Shown here piece by piece: positions 9,196-18,737 of a DNA stretch of 37,891 bases (positions are counted from its first letter, which is position 1; each line of letters starts with the position of its first letter). Under the pieces are notes generated by a model. That model ran no database searches. It was not told where the DNA came from and saw only the letters and a program-made list of their open reading frames with translations. The DNA is taken from sequence record SRR22947727_319, one strand, 5' to 3'. The position numbers and the translations under genes are program-made.

Positions 9196-10596
9196 TCAAT
9201 TGGATGCGGGCGCAGAGGCAGGAATGCCCTCTGGATAGCCCTGAGCAGGCACTTTAACAGGATCAAGCCCGGCCAGTTCTGCCGCTTCCGGAGTGCGCAG
9301 CATATCCAACCCTTTGAGGATCAAGGACACCACATAACCCGGGACAAAGCCCAGCAAGAAGAACACAACCGCACCCACGATTTGCCCCGTCAGCGAAATG
9401 GTAGGCCGTACGGCATCGCCCATAAAGGCATCTAAAGCGGGATATCCACTGGCAAAGACCCCCAGCATAATCAAACCAAAGAGGCCGATCGTGCCATGCA
9501 CGGTGACAGCGCCAACTGCATCATCTATCCCCATCCGCTCAAGAATATTCGCGCAAGGCTGCAGAATAACACCTGCGGCAAAGGCGATGATAAAGGCCAG
9601 ACCCGGGAAATAGATATCCAAGCCCGAGGCCACCGAAATAATACCGGCCAGCGCGCCAGACATCATCCAGAACGGATCTTTGGTGTAAATCCAAGCACCA
9701 ATAATCCCGCCGGCAATGCCCATTAGGATGTTGAAGGCCAAAGCTGAAAGCGTGATCGGCGTGCCATAAATCGTTGCCGGTGCGTTTTCATACCACGACC
9801 AACCTTCGCCGGGCACAATCACGCAGGCCATCAAAAAGCCCCAGAAGCCAACGATAATCAGCATCAAGCCCGTCACCGTCATCGGCATGTTATGTCCAGC
9901 GATGTGATTGGCGCTGCCATCGGCATTGAATTTGCCAATTCTGGGTCCAAGATTCACCAAAACGCCAAGCGCGAAGAAGCCTGCCACCGCGTGTACAAGG
10001 CCCGCCGCGCCAAAATCATGTAGCCCCCATTGCGTGACCAGCCAGCCATCCGCGTGCCAGCCCCAGGCCGCCGCAACCACCCAAGCAAAAGAACCGAGAA
10101 TGATCGCCAGAATGGTGAAACCCACCGTTTGAATACGCTCGATCACCGCGCCGGACATGATAGAGGCCGTGGTGCAGGCAAACAGCGCGAAGGCGCCAAA
10201 GAAAACGCCCGAGGCTTGATCGGCAATATTTGGCCCCATAGCGGCCGCGCCATCCCCCCAACCCAAAGCGATTGAGCTTGCATATTTGGCGCCGGAAATT
10301 TCCATGGCGCCCATAGATAGGCTGAGACCGGTTGGAAACGCCCAATAAATCCACCAACCAAAGAAGTAGAAAGTGGGGATCATAAAGGCAAAAGCCAGAA
10401 TGTTTTTAACGCCTGAAGAGAGCACATTTTTCATTCTAGAGGCGCCCATTTCATAGGCGAGAAATCCCGCGTGAATGATGATCATTAGCGGAATCGTTAA
10501 ATAATAATAGGCTTCCGCAAACATCGTGTTTGTCACGCTGCTGCTGGCTTGAAGAGCGGCAACTTGCGCAGCCAATTCTGCAATTTGTTCTTCCAC
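9196..10596 (-). CDS. amt: Amt/Mep/Rh-family ammonium or methylammonium transporter
   Basis: GFLAYEMG, SGAVIER, HDFGAAGLVH and IDDAVGAVTVHG (both pore His), C-terminal ELAGLD. Start reassigned to GTG at 10596, which has the RBS GAAGGGA. Confidence 0.9.
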   Translation of the reverse strand: MEEQIAELAAQVAALQASSSVTNTMFAEAYYYLTIPLMIIIHAGFLAYEMGASRMKNVLSSGVKNILAFAFMIPTFYFFGWWIYWAFPTGLSLSMGAMEISGAKYASSIALGWGDGAAAMGPNIADQASGVFFGAFALFACTTASIMSGAVIERIQTVGFTILAIILGSFAWVVAAAWGWHADGWLVTQWGLHDFGAAGLVHAVAGFFALGVLVNLGPRIGKFNADGSANHIAGHNMPMTVTGLMLIIVGFWGFLMACVIVPGEGWSWYENAPATIYGTPITLSALAFNILMGIAGGIIGAWIYTKDPFWMMSGALAGIISVASGLDIYFPGLAFIIAFAAGVILQPCANILERMGIDDAVGAVTVHGTIGLFGLIMLGVFASGYPALDAFMGDAVRPTISLTGQIVGAVVFFLLGFVPGYVVSLILKGLDMLRTPEAAELAGLDPVKVPAQGYPEGIPASAPASN

Positions 10597-11036
10597 GATC
10601 TGTTCCCTTCGTTTTTTAATTTTGCTCCCGTGCCGCTCCGCGGGCATTCTGATGTGCCATTGCGGTTTGGCCGCTTAAGCAGGGCCTAAGCGTGGCTGAT
10701 GATTGCAAATTTTCAGGTTATTTTAACGAATAGTTTTTGGGGCCTAAGCCCTTATTAATTAGAGGCTGAAGAGTGAATGAGAAAATTAATAGCAATCATT
10801 TTCAGTGCTTTAGAAGGTTTCTATGGAAGGGGGGCGGGCTATTGAAAGATTTGTTTTTATTATTTTTTGAGATTTAAAACCGCAGGTGGCGCTCTGTCCG
10901 CTTTGACGATCTTGAAATTGCAGTTGGTTTTGCGTTTCCTGGGCTGTGAGGAAAATATCGCGGCGCGAATGAATAAGAATGAGATGGCAGAACCTGTGAT
11001 CGGCGAGGGCTCTCTGCCTGGAAAAGTGAGGAATGC

Positions 11037-12380
11037 ATGCAAAAACGTATCGCAGTGATCGGAGCCGGGCCATCGGGGCTTGCACAATTGCGTGCATTTC
11101 AATCCGCCGCCACCACAGGCGCTGAAATTCCAGAGGTGGTCTGCTTCGAAAAACAGGCCACGTGGGGTGGTTTATGGGCCTATGATTGGCGCACTGGTCT
11201 AGACGCAAATGGCGAGCCCTGCCATAGCTCAATGTATCGCTATCTTTGGTCAAATGGGCCCAAAGAGGGCCTTGAATTCTCGGATTATAGTTTTGATGCG
11301 CATTTTGGTCGATCCATTGCTTCTTACCCTCCGCGTGCCGTTTTGTTTGATTATATCGAGGGTCGCGTAAACGCCGCTGGGGTCAAAGATTGGATCCGCT
11401 TTAACACGGTGATCCGTTGGGTGTCTTACGATCCTGCCAGCGAAAAATTTCACGTCACTGCCCATGATCATGAAAAGGACAGCAGCTATACTGAGCTCTT
11501 CGATCACGTGGTGGTGGCTTCGGGTCATTTTTCAACACCAAATATGCCGTATTATGAGGGGTTTGAAAGCTTTAACGGGCGGATTTTGCACGCGCATGAT
11601 TTCAGAGATGCGCGCGAATTCACCGATCAGGATATCTTAATTTTGGGCACTTCTTATTCTGCAGAGGATATTGGATCGCAATGTTGGAAATACGGCTGCC
11701 GCTCGGTGACTGTGGCGCATCGAACCGCGCCGATCGGGTTTGATTGGCCCAAAAATTGGCAAGAAGTGCCCGCGCTAAAGCGCGTAGAGGGCAAAACTGC
11801 ATATTTCATTGATGGCAGCAGTCGCGAGGTTGATGCAATCATTCTATGCACGGGTTACAAGCATTTCTTTAATTTCCTGCCGGATGATTTGCGTTTGGTC
11901 ACGGCCAACCGGCTGGCTGCAGCTGATCTTTATAAAGGGGTGGCTTGGGTCCATAACCCGAAATTATTTTACCTTGGCATGCAGGATCAATGGTTCACTT
12001 TTAATATGTTTGACGCTCAAGCATGGTGGGTAAGGGATGCGATTATGGGGCGGCTTGTGATACCTCAGGATAAAGCCCGTTTGCTGGCAGATGTGGCCGA
12101 GCGGGAGGCGCGCGAAGAGCGCAGCGATGATGCAAAATATGCAATCGCCTATCAGGGGGATTACGTGAAAGAGTTGACTGGCGAAACCGATTACCCAGAT
12201 TTCGATGTTGATGGCGCCTGCGAGGCGTTTTTCCAATGGAAGGCGCATAAGGGTCAGGATATTATGGGTTTCCGTGATAATGGCTACAAGTCGGTGATCA
12301 CTGGGAAAATGGCACCGGTTCATCACACGCCCTGGAAAGAGGCTCTGGATGATTCATTGGAAAGCTATCTTCAAAGCTGA
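11037..12380 (+). CDS. tmm: Trimethylamine monooxygenase (bacterial flavin-containing monooxygenase)
   Basis: [24 protein letters not shown] fingerprint [19 protein letters not shown] and LCTGY; methylamine gene context. Confidence 0.93.
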   Translation: MQKRIAVIGAGPSGLAQLRAFQSAATTGAEIPEVVCFEKQATWGGLWAYDWRTGLDANGEPCHSSMYRYLWSNGPKEGLEFSDYSFDAHFGRSIASYPPRAVLFDYIEGRVNAAGVKDWIRFNTVIRWVSYDPASEKFHVTAHDHEKDSSYTELFDHVVVASGHFSTPNMPYYEGFESFNGRILHAHDFRDAREFTDQDILILGTSYSAEDIGSQCWKYGCRSVTVAHRTAPIGFDWPKNWQEVPALKRVEGKTAYFIDGSSREVDAIILCTGYKHFFNFLPDDLRLVTANRLAAADLYKGVAWVHNPKLFYLGMQDQWFTFNMFDAQAWWVRDAIMGRLVIPQDKARLLADVAEREAREERSDDAKYAIAYQGDYVKELTGETDYPDFDVDGACEAFFQWKAHKGQDIMGFRDNGYKSVITGKMAPVHHTPWKEALDDSLESYLQS

Positions 12381-12395
12381 AAGGTTTAAGCCAGG

Positions 12396-12434
12396 CAAGG
12401 CGTCTTTGCTTCTTCGAAAGAGCCTTGTTCTTCT
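12396..12434. terminator. Probable terminator hairpin between convergent tmm and soxG
   Basis: Imperfect stem CAAGGC-G-TCTTT / AAAGA-GCCTTG followed by TTCTTCT. Confidence 0.4.
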
Positions 12435-12468
12435 GCCTCCGCAGCGCTTTGTGCACTTGCGTTTTGCC

Positions 12469-13044
12469 TCATTGAACGTTGTGGATCGATGTTTCGAGCG
12501 CATGTAAAAACGATTTTGCCGATGAACTGGCCGAAAACAGCCAATAGGTTTCGTGATCCACGCATAAAATTATTGTGCCCAGATGCTCCATCTGCGTGCG
12601 CGCAACCGCGTCAATCGCGAACCGCTCGGGGTGCAAATCAATTGGACAAATGCGTTCAAGCGCGCTGCGGCACCCAGGTCCGGATATTTCCAAACCAACC
12701 CAATTATGGCTTTGATCTGTTGTATAAACGGCGCTTGTCATCAGGGTTTTAATCTGTTGCTCCGCGCGCCCGATATTCTGCGCTCGCGGGAAAAGCACAA
12801 ACATCTGATCCAATCCCATGCGTAGCACCCGCGAGTCCAGTGGTGCCGCGCGTTGGCTCTGCCCAATATCGGGCATATCGATACCAAAGCCTGTTTTCAA
12901 AGCCTTTTGCACGGCTTGCTTCTCTGCCAAGGGAACCGCCATCGAGACCATGCATATATCGCTGATCTCGCGCAGGCTGATTGGTCCAAATTGTGCTTGA
13001 TAGCCGTTAAGAAATTCTTCCGAGGTTAATCTATACTCAGCCAC
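12469..13044 (-). CDS. soxG: Sarcosine-oxidase-type gamma subunit; probable N-methylglutamate dehydrogenase subunit D (MgdD)
   Basis: TDQSHNW...ISGP...LERICPIDL...ARTQMEH...SSAKSF. Start reassigned to GTG at 13044, which overlaps the soxA stop (GTGGCTGA). Confidence 0.85.
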   Translation of the reverse strand: MAEYRLTSEEFLNGYQAQFGPISLREISDICMVSMAVPLAEKQAVQKALKTGFGIDMPDIGQSQRAAPLDSRVLRMGLDQMFVLFPRAQNIGRAEQQIKTLMTSAVYTTDQSHNWVGLEISGPGCRSALERICPIDLHPERFAIDAVARTQMEHLGTIILCVDHETYWLFSASSSAKSFLHALETSIHNVQ

Positions 13045-15985
13045 GTTGCCGTCCTCCATCCGGATCATAGAAATGCGGCGATACGATCTTTACTTGCACC
13101 TCTTTCTTCTGGGCCGGGTTGACCGCGCGCACCACTTCTCCCATGCGTTCATGTCCCGCCTTTATAAAGCCCAAGCCGATCGAATGCCCCAAAACCGGTG
13201 AGTAGGCCACCGACGACATCCAGCCTTGATCATTGGCCATTGTTGCTGCGTCACTCAGCGCAATGAAATGCGCCCCTGCAGACAGCGCTTGGCTTTGATC
13301 TACGGGTTTAAACCCGACAAGGCGGATCGCATCCTCGCGGTTCATTTCCGGGCGTTGAGACAGGGTTTTGCCGATGCAATCCTTCTTGGCGCTGACAAAT
13401 CCGCCCAGCCCCAAATTCAACGCTGATGTTTGCCCGTTTAATTCATTGCCCGCGGCATGGCCTTTTTCGATCCGCATCACCCCAAGCGCTTCGGTACCAT
13501 AAGGCACGGCGTCAAATTCCTGCCCCGCTTGCATCAAGCAGTCCATCATTGCAGTGCCAAAGCGCGCGGGCACGGCGATTTCAAAGGCCAATTCACCCGA
13601 AAAAGAAATTCTGAACAAACGGGCTGGCGTGCCGCCGCAGACGGTTGTTTCCGCGCAAGCCATGAAGCCGAAGCCTTCATTTGATAAATCGAACGGTTTA
13701 TCGACGAGCTTTTGCAACAGCGCGCGCGAATTCGGCCCGGCTACCGCAAATTGCGCCCAAGCATCCGTGCTGGAAATCATATGAACATCAAGCTCAGGCC
13801 ATAGGCATTGCCGCGCAAATTCTAAGCGCCGAAAGACCAAGACGGCATTGGCCGTCGTGGTGGTCATCACAAAATGGTTTTCGCCCAACCGAGCTGTTGT
13901 GCCATCATCATAAGCGATGCCGTCTTCGCGCAGCATCAGCCCATAACGCACTTTGCCCACGGGCAGTTTCAGAAAGGCATTGGTGTAAACCTGGTTTAAA
14001 AACAGGGCAGCGTCTTTGCCTTGGATATCAATTTTTCCTAAAGTTGTGACATCGCAAATGCCCACCGACGCTCGGGTCATTTCTACTTCGCGATCAACGC
14101 TGTCGCGCCAGCCTTTTTCCCCGGGGCGAGCATACCATTGGGCGCGTAACCAATTCCCTGTTTCCACGAAGGTCGCGCCATTTTCTGCGGCCCAGCGATG
14201 GCTGGGGGTCAGCCGATAGGGGCGGAAATCCTTGCCGCGCGCGCGCCCAGCCAAAGCGCCCATGGGCACCGGCGTGTAGGGGGGGCGGAAAATCGTGGTG
14301 CCGGTTTCTGGGATCGTTTTGCCCGTACATTCCGCCATAATCGCCAAAGCCGGTATGTTGGAGGTTTTGCCCTGATCCGTGGCCATACCCAGCGTGGTAT
14401 AGCGTTTGAGATGTTCAACCGAGCGAAACCCTTCCTGATAGGATTGGCGAATATCTTTGACCGTCACATCGTTTTGTAAATCTATCCAAGCGCGGGCTTT
14501 GCTAGCGCCGACATGCCAGAACGCGGCCCCCATGCTGGCTTCATCGCTGGCTTTGGGTGCGGCTTTTCGCGTGGCTGTGAAGCCCAGATCTTTGACCATC
14601 TCTTTGGCCTTTTGATGCGCGCCGCTCATCGCTTGCGACAGTGTTAGATCGCCTTGTGCGGCCCCCACAACCTGCATTCCTGGGGGAAGATGTTCGCCGG
14701 GTACAAACGCGTTTATGTCTTCTGCCCAGCTTGGTCGGCCACGTTGATGGCAGGTTAAATGGACATTCGGGTTCCAGCCACCAGAAACGGCTAAGCAATC
14801 TGTCGTAATCCTCTGGCCGGTTGTTAGGGTGATCTCTTTCAAAGCCTTGCGCCCGGATGTGTCCATCACGCCTGCGCCCATGACAATCTTAGCATGTGGA
14901 ATGTCGGTCAATGGCGCAATATCCCGGCTGTCAATAACCGCAGCCACCGACACGCCCTGAGCGCTGAGATCGCGCGCTGTGCGCCACCCATCGTCATTAT
15001 TTGTAAAGATGCTGATCCGCTTTCCCGGTGTGGCAGCAAACCGGTTTACATAGCTGCGCACCGCGCCCGCAAGCATAATACCGGGGCGATCATTATTGCC
15101 AAAGGCAATCGGGCGTTCCGTTGCGCCCGCGGCCAAAACGGCGCGCTTTGAATAGATGCGCCACAGGATTTGCCGGGGTTTTCCCCCAGAATGGGGCAAG
15201 TGGTCGGTGCGGCGCTCAAGCGCGCCATAAATGCCGTGATCATAGGCCCCATAGATTGTGGTGCGCGACATCAGCCTTACATTGGGCAGGCTTGCCAGCT
15301 CTTGCCAGAGCGCCTGCGCCCAATCCGCCCCCTTTTTTCCATCAACCTCGAAGGTTTCGCTGTTGAGCCGCCCCCCCCCTCGGAAATCTTCATCTGCCAG
15401 AATAACCTGTGCCCCGCTGAACGCGGCGGCGCGCGCAGCGGCCAAACCACTGGGACCCGCGCCGATAACCAAAAGATCACAATGCAAAAACCCTTTGTCA
15501 TAAATGTCTGGATCGTCTTCTAAAGACAGACTGCCCAAGCCAGCCGCCGCGCGAATGGCTGGTTCATACAGTTTTTCCCATGCAAATTTGGGCCACATGA
15601 AGGTTTTATAATAAAACCCGGCGCTTAAAAATGGCGATAGATAATCGGTAAAGGCCATCAGATCGAACTCTAAAGAGCCACGATGATTTTGGCTTTTCGC
15701 GCTGAGCTGGTCGAATAACTCGACAGTGGTGGCCCTGGTATTCGGCTCTTGAAAGGCACCTTTGCGCAGTTCAACCAAAGCGTTTGGTTCCTCAGAGCCG
15801 GCGCTAAAGATACCGCGCGGGCGGTGGTATTTAAAACTGCGCCCCACCAGCGTTTGGCCATTCGCGATCAATGCTGAGGCCAGCGTGTCACCCTGATAGC
15901 CTTCAAAGCGCCGGCCATTAAACTCAAAACTTAAGGGTGTTTTGCGATCGATAAAACCACCCGCGATACGACGAATTTGTTTCAT
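13037..15985 (-). CDS. soxA: Sarcosine-oxidase-type alpha subunit; probable N-methylglutamate dehydrogenase subunit C (MgdC)
   Basis: GDTLASAL...GRSFKYHRPRG, GAGPSG, EHLKRYTTLGMATDQGK and a C-terminal GcvT folate domain (RISFSGELAFE, MRIEKG). Confidence 0.92.
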   Translation of the reverse strand: MKQIRRIAGGFIDRKTPLSFEFNGRRFEGYQGDTLASALIANGQTLVGRSFKYHRPRGIFSAGSEEPNALVELRKGAFQEPNTRATTVELFDQLSAKSQNHRGSLEFDLMAFTDYLSPFLSAGFYYKTFMWPKFAWEKLYEPAIRAAAGLGSLSLEDDPDIYDKGFLHCDLLVIGAGPSGLAAARAAAFSGAQVILADEDFRGGGRLNSETFEVDGKKGADWAQALWQELASLPNVRLMSRTTIYGAYDHGIYGALERRTDHLPHSGGKPRQILWRIYSKRAVLAAGATERPIAFGNNDRPGIMLAGAVRSYVNRFAATPGKRISIFTNNDDGWRTARDLSAQGVSVAAVIDSRDIAPLTDIPHAKIVMGAGVMDTSGRKALKEITLTTGQRITTDCLAVSGGWNPNVHLTCHQRGRPSWAEDINAFVPGEHLPPGMQVVGAAQGDLTLSQAMSGAHQKAKEMVKDLGFTATRKAAPKASDEASMGAAFWHVGASKARAWIDLQNDVTVKDIRQSYQEGFRSVEHLKRYTTLGMATDQGKTSNIPALAIMAECTGKTIPETGTTIFRPPYTPVPMGALAGRARGKDFRPYRLTPSHRWAAENGATFVETGNWLRAQWYARPGEKGWRDSVDREVEMTRASVGICDVTTLGKIDIQGKDAALFLNQVYTNAFLKLPVGKVRYGLMLREDGIAYDDGTTARLGENHFVMTTTTANAVLVFRRLEFARQCLWPELDVHMISSTDAWAQFAVAGPNSRALLQKLVDKPFDLSNEGFGFMACAETTVCGGTPARLFRISFSGELAFEIAVPARFGTAMMDCLMQAGQEFDAVPYGTEALGVMRIEKGHAAGNELNGQTSALNLGLGGFVSAKKDCIGKTLSQRPEMNREDAIRLVGFKPVDQSQALSAGAHFIALSDAATMANDQGWMSSVAYSPVLGHSIGLGFIKAGHERMGEVVRAVNPAQKKEVQVKIVSPHFYDPDGGRQRG

Positions 15986-16269
15986 TTGCTGCGGCCTCTT
16001 TCTTTTGCGACATCGCGGGCCAATCGAACCGCTGTGATGTCATGGGTCAGCGTGTCGCGGGTGACCACCAGCCAAGACCGGTCGCCTTGTTCATGATACC
16101 AAAGCTCCTCATGCATCCCGGCCGGATTATCGCGCAGATAGCCATATTCAAAAAACCGATCGGCGGCATCTTCTGCATTTGGATCAGGCCGGTCGATCAG
16201 GCTTGCATCGCCCAAATAGACAAATTCGGCTGAGTCGCGCGGGCCCAGCAGTGGGTGGTTGATAATCAT
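15982..16269 (-). CDS. soxD: Sarcosine-oxidase-type delta subunit; probable MgdB
   Basis: GPRDSAEFVYLGDA, YLRDNPAG, ELWYH and RDTLTH; its stop overlaps the soxA ATG; RBS AGGAG. Confidence 0.88.
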   Translation of the reverse strand: MIINHPLLGPRDSAEFVYLGDASLIDRPDPNAEDAADRFFEYGYLRDNPAGMHEELWYHEQGDRSWLVVTRDTLTHDITAVRLARDVAKERGRSK

Positions 16270-16376
16270 GAAAAATCTCCTGCGCGCGCTCTGCTGCTAA
16301 GCTCGAGCGCGGGTAAGAAAGGAAAGCGGTATTGCGGGTATATAATCATTTCAAGTTCAACGCTTCGGTGCTGGGG

Positions 16377-17627
16377 TTAGTGTAAATTCGGTTGTGAGCC
16401 TTGGCCCTTTTCATCGATCAAATGGCCGCGTTTGAACCGATCAAGGCGCAGCTCTGTTGCGACAGGGTGGGGGGCATCAGTCGCGAGCAAATGGGCATAG
16501 CATAAGCCACTGGCCGGGGTGGCTTTAAACCCGCCATAGCACCAGCCGCCATTGAAATAGAGCCCGTCAATATGGGTTTTGTCGATAAAGGGCGAACCAT
16601 CCATAGACATGTCCATAATGCCGCCCCAGCTGCGCAACAAACGCGCCCGCCCGATCATTGGCATGATCGCCATTCCGCCCTCAGCTACATCTTCAACCAC
16701 CGGTAAATTGCCGCGCTGGGCATAGGTGTTATAGCCGTCAATATCACCACCAAAGACCAACCCGCCCTTGTCAGATTGGCTCACGTAAAAATGGCCGGCA
16801 CCAAAGGTGATCACGCCGGGCAGGGTGGGTTTCAGACCTTCGGTGACAAACGCTTGCAACACGTGGCTTTCGATTGGCAGGCGCATGCCGGCCTGGGCCA
16901 TCACGCGGCTGGATGATCCGGCCACGCAAACGGCCACCTTGCGCGCTTTGATGGGCCCTTGAGATGTTTCCACCCCGCTGCATTGGCCGTTTTCAATGTG
17001 AAACCCGGTGACTTCGCAATTCTGAATGATATCTACGCCTCGGCTATCAGCGCCGCGCGCGTAGCCCCAGGCCACGGCGTCATGGCGCACGGTGCCGCCC
17101 CGTCTTTGGTACAGCCCACCCTTGATGGGAAACCGCGCATTGTCAAAATCCAAAAAGGGAAGTTCGCGCCGCAATTGCTGCTGATCGGCCAATTCCGCAT
17201 CTGCTCCGGCCAACATCATCGCATTGGCGCGGCGCACGAACGCGTCGCGTTGTGGATCCGCGTGAAACAGATTGAGGATCGAGCGTTGGCTGACCATCGC
17301 ATTGTAATTAAAATCTTGTTCAAGGCCCTCCCAGAGCTTCAATGACAATTCGTAAAAGGGTTCGTTGCCCGGCAGCATGTAATTTGAGCGGATAATTGTT
17401 GTGTTGCGCCCTATATTGCCCGAGCCAAGCCAGCCTTTTTCTAACACTGCAACATTGGTGATCCCGTAGGTCTTGGCCAGATAATGCGCCGTCGATAGCC
17501 CGTGGCCGCCACCGCCCACGATCACAACGTCATAGCTGTCTTTCGGCTTTGGATCCCGCCAAGCAGGTTTCCAACCTTTATTTCCAGTCAATCCCTGCGT
17601 TAGAATTTTGAATGCGGAATAATTCAT
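16377..17627 (-). CDS. soxB: Sarcosine-oxidase-type beta subunit; probable N-methylglutamate dehydrogenase subunit A (MgdA)
   Basis: GGGGHG, GNIGRNTTIIRSNY, RHDAVAWGYAR and GWCYGGFKATP. Confidence 0.92.
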   Translation of the reverse strand: MNYSAFKILTQGLTGNKGWKPAWRDPKPKDSYDVVIVGGGGHGLSTAHYLAKTYGITNVAVLEKGWLGSGNIGRNTTIIRSNYMLPGNEPFYELSLKLWEGLEQDFNYNAMVSQRSILNLFHADPQRDAFVRRANAMMLAGADAELADQQQLRRELPFLDFDNARFPIKGGLYQRRGGTVRHDAVAWGYARGADSRGVDIIQNCEVTGFHIENGQCSGVETSQGPIKARKVAVCVAGSSSRVMAQAGMRLPIESHVLQAFVTEGLKPTLPGVITFGAGHFYVSQSDKGGLVFGGDIDGYNTYAQRGNLPVVEDVAEGGMAIMPMIGRARLLRSWGGIMDMSMDGSPFIDKTHIDGLYFNGGWCYGGFKATPASGLCYAHLLATDAPHPVATELRLDRFKRGHLIDEKGQGSQPNLH

Positions 17628-17709
17628 GCTGACAACACCTTTGTTCCAATACTAGCTTACCGGATCACTGTGCATATACTTTTCTAAAAAAGACGCTTAT
17701 TATAAATAA

Positions 17710-18684
17710 ATGGAAAAAATTGGTACAATGCCTGACCAAAGAGACCAGACGGATATCATCCGAATTGGCGTTTTGCCGATCGATGGCTTTGCCTTGATGT
17801 CTTATGCATCCACGGTTGAGCCGTTTCGCGCCGCCAATATGTTGAGCCGGCGTATGCTTTATGAGGTTGTGAATATTGGCCCATCGCTTGAGCTAATATC
17901 GAGCTCTGGCGCTGCCAGTGTTGCGCCGCAGGCTACGCTTTTGACCGCACCCCGCCTTGATTATCTGTTTGTTGTTGCCGGTGGCAACCCCGCCACCTTT
18001 GCGGATATGGCTGTCTGGAATTGGCTGGCGAAGATCGCCCGATTTGGCGTGCGCCTCGGTGGGGTGTCGGGTGGGCCAGTCATTTTGGCCAATGCAGGCT
18101 TGATGGCAGAGCGGCGCATGACCGTGCATTGGGAACATGCCGCAGCGCTTGAAGAAAGCGCGCCGCATCTGCTGCTTGAACGCAGCCTCTACGTTATCGA
18201 CCGGGATCGTTTGACATGCGCGGGTGGAACGGCTGCGCTGGATTTGATGCTGGCCTTGATAACGCAGCATCAGGGATCAGTTTTTGCCAGTTTGGTCAGC
18301 GATTGGTTTTTACATACGGAAATTCGCCCCGCGATCGGACCTCAGCGCAGCGGGTTGATCGCGCGGATCGGATCAACCAACGCACAGGTGTTAGAAACGG
18401 TGAAAGCGATGGAGGCGCATGTTGCGGATCCGCTGACGCTTGAACAATTGGCACAGGTGTCAAAGATTTCACCGCGCCAGCTAAACCGGTTGTTTTCGCT
18501 TAAGTTGGGGCGGTCAACGATGGGTTATTATCGCGATTTAAGGCTTGATAAGGCGCGCAATTTATTAACCAACTCACCGCTGTCACTTACCGAAATTGGG
18601 CTGGCAACCGGCTTCTCAAGCGCCTCGCATTTTTCGCGCGCATTTCGGGAATATTTCGGCCGCGCACCGTCGGAATTTCGCTAG
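17710..18684 (+). CDS. GlxA-family transcriptional regulator (DJ-1/ThiJ-like sensor plus AraC HTH)
   Basis: GFALMSYAS..EPFRAAN, TVHWEH, TCAGGTAALD and a C-terminal AraC double HTH; divergent from soxB. The true start may be ATG 17728. Confidence 0.9.
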   Translation: MEKIGTMPDQRDQTDIIRIGVLPIDGFALMSYASTVEPFRAANMLSRRMLYEVVNIGPSLELISSSGAASVAPQATLLTAPRLDYLFVVAGGNPATFADMAVWNWLAKIARFGVRLGGVSGGPVILANAGLMAERRMTVHWEHAAALEESAPHLLLERSLYVIDRDRLTCAGGTAALDLMLALITQHQGSVFASLVSDWFLHTEIRPAIGPQRSGLIARIGSTNAQVLETVKAMEAHVADPLTLEQLAQVSKISPRQLNRLFSLKLGRSTMGYYRDLRLDKARNLLTNSPLSLTEIGLATGFSSASHFSRAFREYFGRAPSEFR

Positions 18685-18737
18685 ATACTTGTCTAAGGGG
18701 CTGAGAAATGCCTATGTAAACGCAGCTAGGAGGGCAC

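Noticed and set aside
10644-10659. Sigma54-like TGGCAC...TGC upstream of amt (minus strand)
   Set aside because: GG-to-GC spacing is 11 nt rather than the required 10; a similar candidate upstream of mgsA also fails.
10810-11253. 147-aa minus-strand ORF and other short ORFs in the amt-tmm interval
   Set aside because: Antisense to tmm or within AT-rich promoter DNA; no recognisable motifs or RBS.
16285-16311. CGCGCTC/GAGCGCG hairpin in the soxB-soxD gap
   Set aside because: Short stem, 13-nt loop and no U-tract; not enough to call a terminator or RNA element.
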